Shown: positions 62,005 through 64,000 of the stretch, piece by piece
Numbering within the stretch: the first letter of the stretch is position 1
How the letters are laid out: every line of letters begins with the position of its first letter
DNA from: Ignisphaera sp.
GTDB lineage: Archaea > Thermoproteota > Thermoprotei_A > Sulfolobales > Ignisphaeraceae
Direction of reading: 5' to 3'
Assembly (NCBI GenBank): GCA_038889075.1
Contig: JAWAHS010000001.1
Span: forward strand, 64,001-128,000
DNA: 64,000 bases
Position numbers and translations under genes: made by a program
The notes under the pieces: model-generated
What the model was told of the DNA's origin: nothing
The model's database searches: none
Seen by the model: the letters and a program-made list of their open reading frames with translations, nothing else

Positions 62005-63324
62005 TTGATAATTAAGAATTTGGATGAACAGATAGTTAAGAGTATATCGGTTGAGGAGGGTGTCGACATAGAGATTCTTAGAAGAGGTATATCAAATGGT
62101 AGAATAGTTATACCAATGAACGCTAGAAGGAGTTACATAAAGCCCATAGCCATAGGTGAGGGACTTAGAACCAAGGTTAATGTAAATATTGGGACTAGCG
62201 GAAACGTCATCGATGTAAATATGGAAATTGAAAAAGCTAGAATTGCTGTAACCTACGGTTCAGATACAATAATGGATTTGAGTACAGGTGGTAATATAGA
62301 TGAAGTTAGAAGAATACTAATTGAAGCATCAAAGCCGTTACCATTTGGAACCGTACCCATATATCAGGCTTGGATTGAAGGTGTGAAGAAGTATGGAGGT
62401 GTAGGAATGCCTTCAGACTGGTTTATATCCGTAGTTGAGCGTCATTTAAGAGATGGTGTAGATTTTACAACAATACATGCGGGTATAACAAAGGAACTTG
62501 CTGAAAAAGCTGTTAGAAGTAATAGGATTATGCCTATAGTAAGTAGAGGAGGCTCTATGGTTGCGATATGGATGCTCGAGAACAATAAAGAGAATCCCTA
62601 TCTCCAACACTGGGATTATCTAATAGAACTATTTAAGGAGTACGGTACTGTGATAAGCCTTGGTGATGCCCTTAGACCGGGAACCATAGCTGATGCTCAC
62701 GATATTCTCCAGATAGAAGAGCTTATAAATAATGCAAGACTTGCGAGAGACGCCATTTCTAAGGGAGTCCAAGTAATGATCGAAGGCCCTGGTCACATGA
62801 CTATGGATAGGATTGCTACAGATATAAAGCTTATGAAGAGTCTGAGTGGTGGAATTCCATATTATGTTCTCGGACCTCTGGTTACCGACATTGCTACAGG
62901 CTATGACCATATAGCCGCAGCTATAGGTGCGGCAATAGCGGCTGCTGTAGGTGCTGATATAATCTGCTATCTAACACCATCGGAACACCTCTCCCTACCA
63001 AACACTGAACAGGTTAAGGAGGGTTTAATAGCGGCTAAAATAGCTGCACATGCTGGAGACCTCATTAAGCTTGGCGGGAGGGTTGCTAGGAGGGATATAG
63101 ATATAAGCTTAGCCAGAGCTAGGCTCGATTGGGATACGCAGATAGCTTTAAGTATTGATAGAGAAAGGGCTAAGAACATTAGAAAACAGTTTGGTAATGC
63201 TATAAAGAGTTGTTCAATGTGTGGACAATATTGTGTATTTTTGCTTTTGGAAAAATACCTAGCAAATAGAGGCAGTACGACATTGAATTTGGATGAGGTT
63301 TTAGCTAGGATAATAAAGGGGTAA
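62005..63324 (+). CDS. thiC: ThiC-family radical SAM enzyme (HMP-P synthase; a Bza-type function is not excluded)
   Basis: [62 protein letters not shown]. Confidence 0.85.
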   Translation: MIIKNLDEQIVKSISVEEGVDIEILRRGISNGRIVIPMNARRSYIKPIAIGEGLRTKVNVNIGTSGNVIDVNMEIEKARIAVTYGSDTIMDLSTGGNIDEVRRILIEASKPLPFGTVPIYQAWIEGVKKYGGVGMPSDWFISVVERHLRDGVDFTTIHAGITKELAEKAVRSNRIMPIVSRGGSMVAIWMLENNKENPYLQHWDYLIELFKEYGTVISLGDALRPGTIADAHDILQIEELINNARLARDAISKGVQVMIEGPGHMTMDRIATDIKLMKSLSGGIPYYVLGPLVTDIATGYDHIAAAIGAAIAAAVGADIICYLTPSEHLSLPNTEQVKEGLIAAKIAAHAGDLIKLGGRVARRDIDISLARARLDWDTQIALSIDRERAKNIRKQFGNAIKSCSMCGQYCVFLLLEKYLANRGSTTLNLDEVLARIIKG

Positions 63325-63328
63325 CACT

Positions 63329-63841
63329 ATGGATACGTGCAAACATTTTGACAATAGCATGTGGTTGTGGAGTATATGGGTTAAAACCCCAAAACTTAAC
63401 AATAGTGATATTTTAATAGCATCAGCATGTCTACCACACGTAAATAGAGAACTATTTGAAAAGCTATCCAATGGAAAACAAGTACTATTTGCATGCCCTG
63501 AAAGAGAGTCGGTGGCATACTACGGAAAAGTAGCCAGCATCATAAAATCGTCTAAACCGAAGACGATAACTGTAGTAACAATCGATGGAAGCCCACATTG
63601 CTTTCAATTACATGCAGCAGTAAATGAGGCAGTGTACATAACAGGGGAGAATATAATTAAGAAACATTACGTTGTGGTTGATGGGGAAAAATTCATCGAG
63701 GTATCGCCGAATAGTATAAGAGTTGCAAGATATTTGCATCTTGTTGAGAAACTAATAAATATGTATCCTGAAATACTAGATGAACTTAGGAAACATAGTC
63801 TGGAGTACATCGATTCTCTTAAAAATAAAAAGCAACCATGA
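63329..63841 (+). CDS. Putative Fe-S cluster-associated protein
   Basis: DILIASAC, FACPERE, ITVVTIDGSPHC resembles the domain usually fused to 4Fe-4S ferredoxins; 4 nt after thiC. Confidence 0.65.
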   Translation: MDTCKHFDNSMWLWSIWVKTPKLNNSDILIASACLPHVNRELFEKLSNGKQVLFACPERESVAYYGKVASIIKSSKPKTITVVTIDGSPHCFQLHAAVNEAVYITGENIIKKHYVVVDGEKFIEVSPNSIRVARYLHLVEKLINMYPEILDELRKHSLEYIDSLKNKKQP

Positions 63842-63854
63842 TATGATGAATGAA

Positions 63855-63871
63855 AGTTACATAATGTAACT
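63855..63871. repeat. Perfect 8-bp inverted repeat AGTTACAT-A-ATGTAACT
   Basis: Read directly; 14 nt after the stop of the last CDS. Confidence 0.5.
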
Positions 63872-64000
63872 ACTTCTATAGAATGTCAAATAAAACATCG
63901 AATCACTCCCTACATAAAATATAATTACTGGTTTTAATCCATATCGTATTTCAATCATATCTAACATAAGATACAATAAGATTCTATTTTACGTTTTAAT

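Noticed and set aside
1-64000. CRISPR arrays, transposases, inteins in polB1, lhr or cdc48
   Set aside because: No regularly spaced repeats or transposase motifs seen; the proteins show no intein splice motifs or large insertions

Overview
AT-rich archaeal chromosome window made mostly of housekeeping genes. The gene content is crenarchaeal (Thermoprotei): PolB1, a Cren7-like protein, an ESCRT-III/CdvB paralog, a GDGT ring synthase, and UPF0147, DUF2192 and DUF2286 proteins. A Desulfurococcales-like origin is my inference only. It carries rpo6, topA, eno, a DRG GTPase, polB1, ppdK, cdc48, tmcA, nucS, taw1, rpl12, alaS, tRNA-Arg(TCT), adk, lhr, fau-1, apgM, a ROK kinase, nep1, HMG-CoA synthase and ard1. 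It ends in a cobinamide salvage/remodelling cluster (cobD, cbiB, cobS, cobY, cbiZ-cobZ fusion, cobT) set back-to-back with a ThiC-family radical SAM gene. I saw no transposase, integrase or CRISPR array. Features read from the DNA that the ORF track misses: (1) four C/D-box guide sRNAs, one predicted to target tRNA-Lys U34; (2) a GC-rich structured RNA candidate after the tRNA; (3) up to four genes that appear to start at non-canonical CTG/ATA codons, including an unlisted ferredoxin; (4) synonymous-site identity between the two AAA modules of cdc48, suggesting intragenic gene conversion; (5) a cluster of apparently catalytically dead enzyme homologs around an orphan radical SAM gene. All family calls come from motif recognition; no database searches were run.
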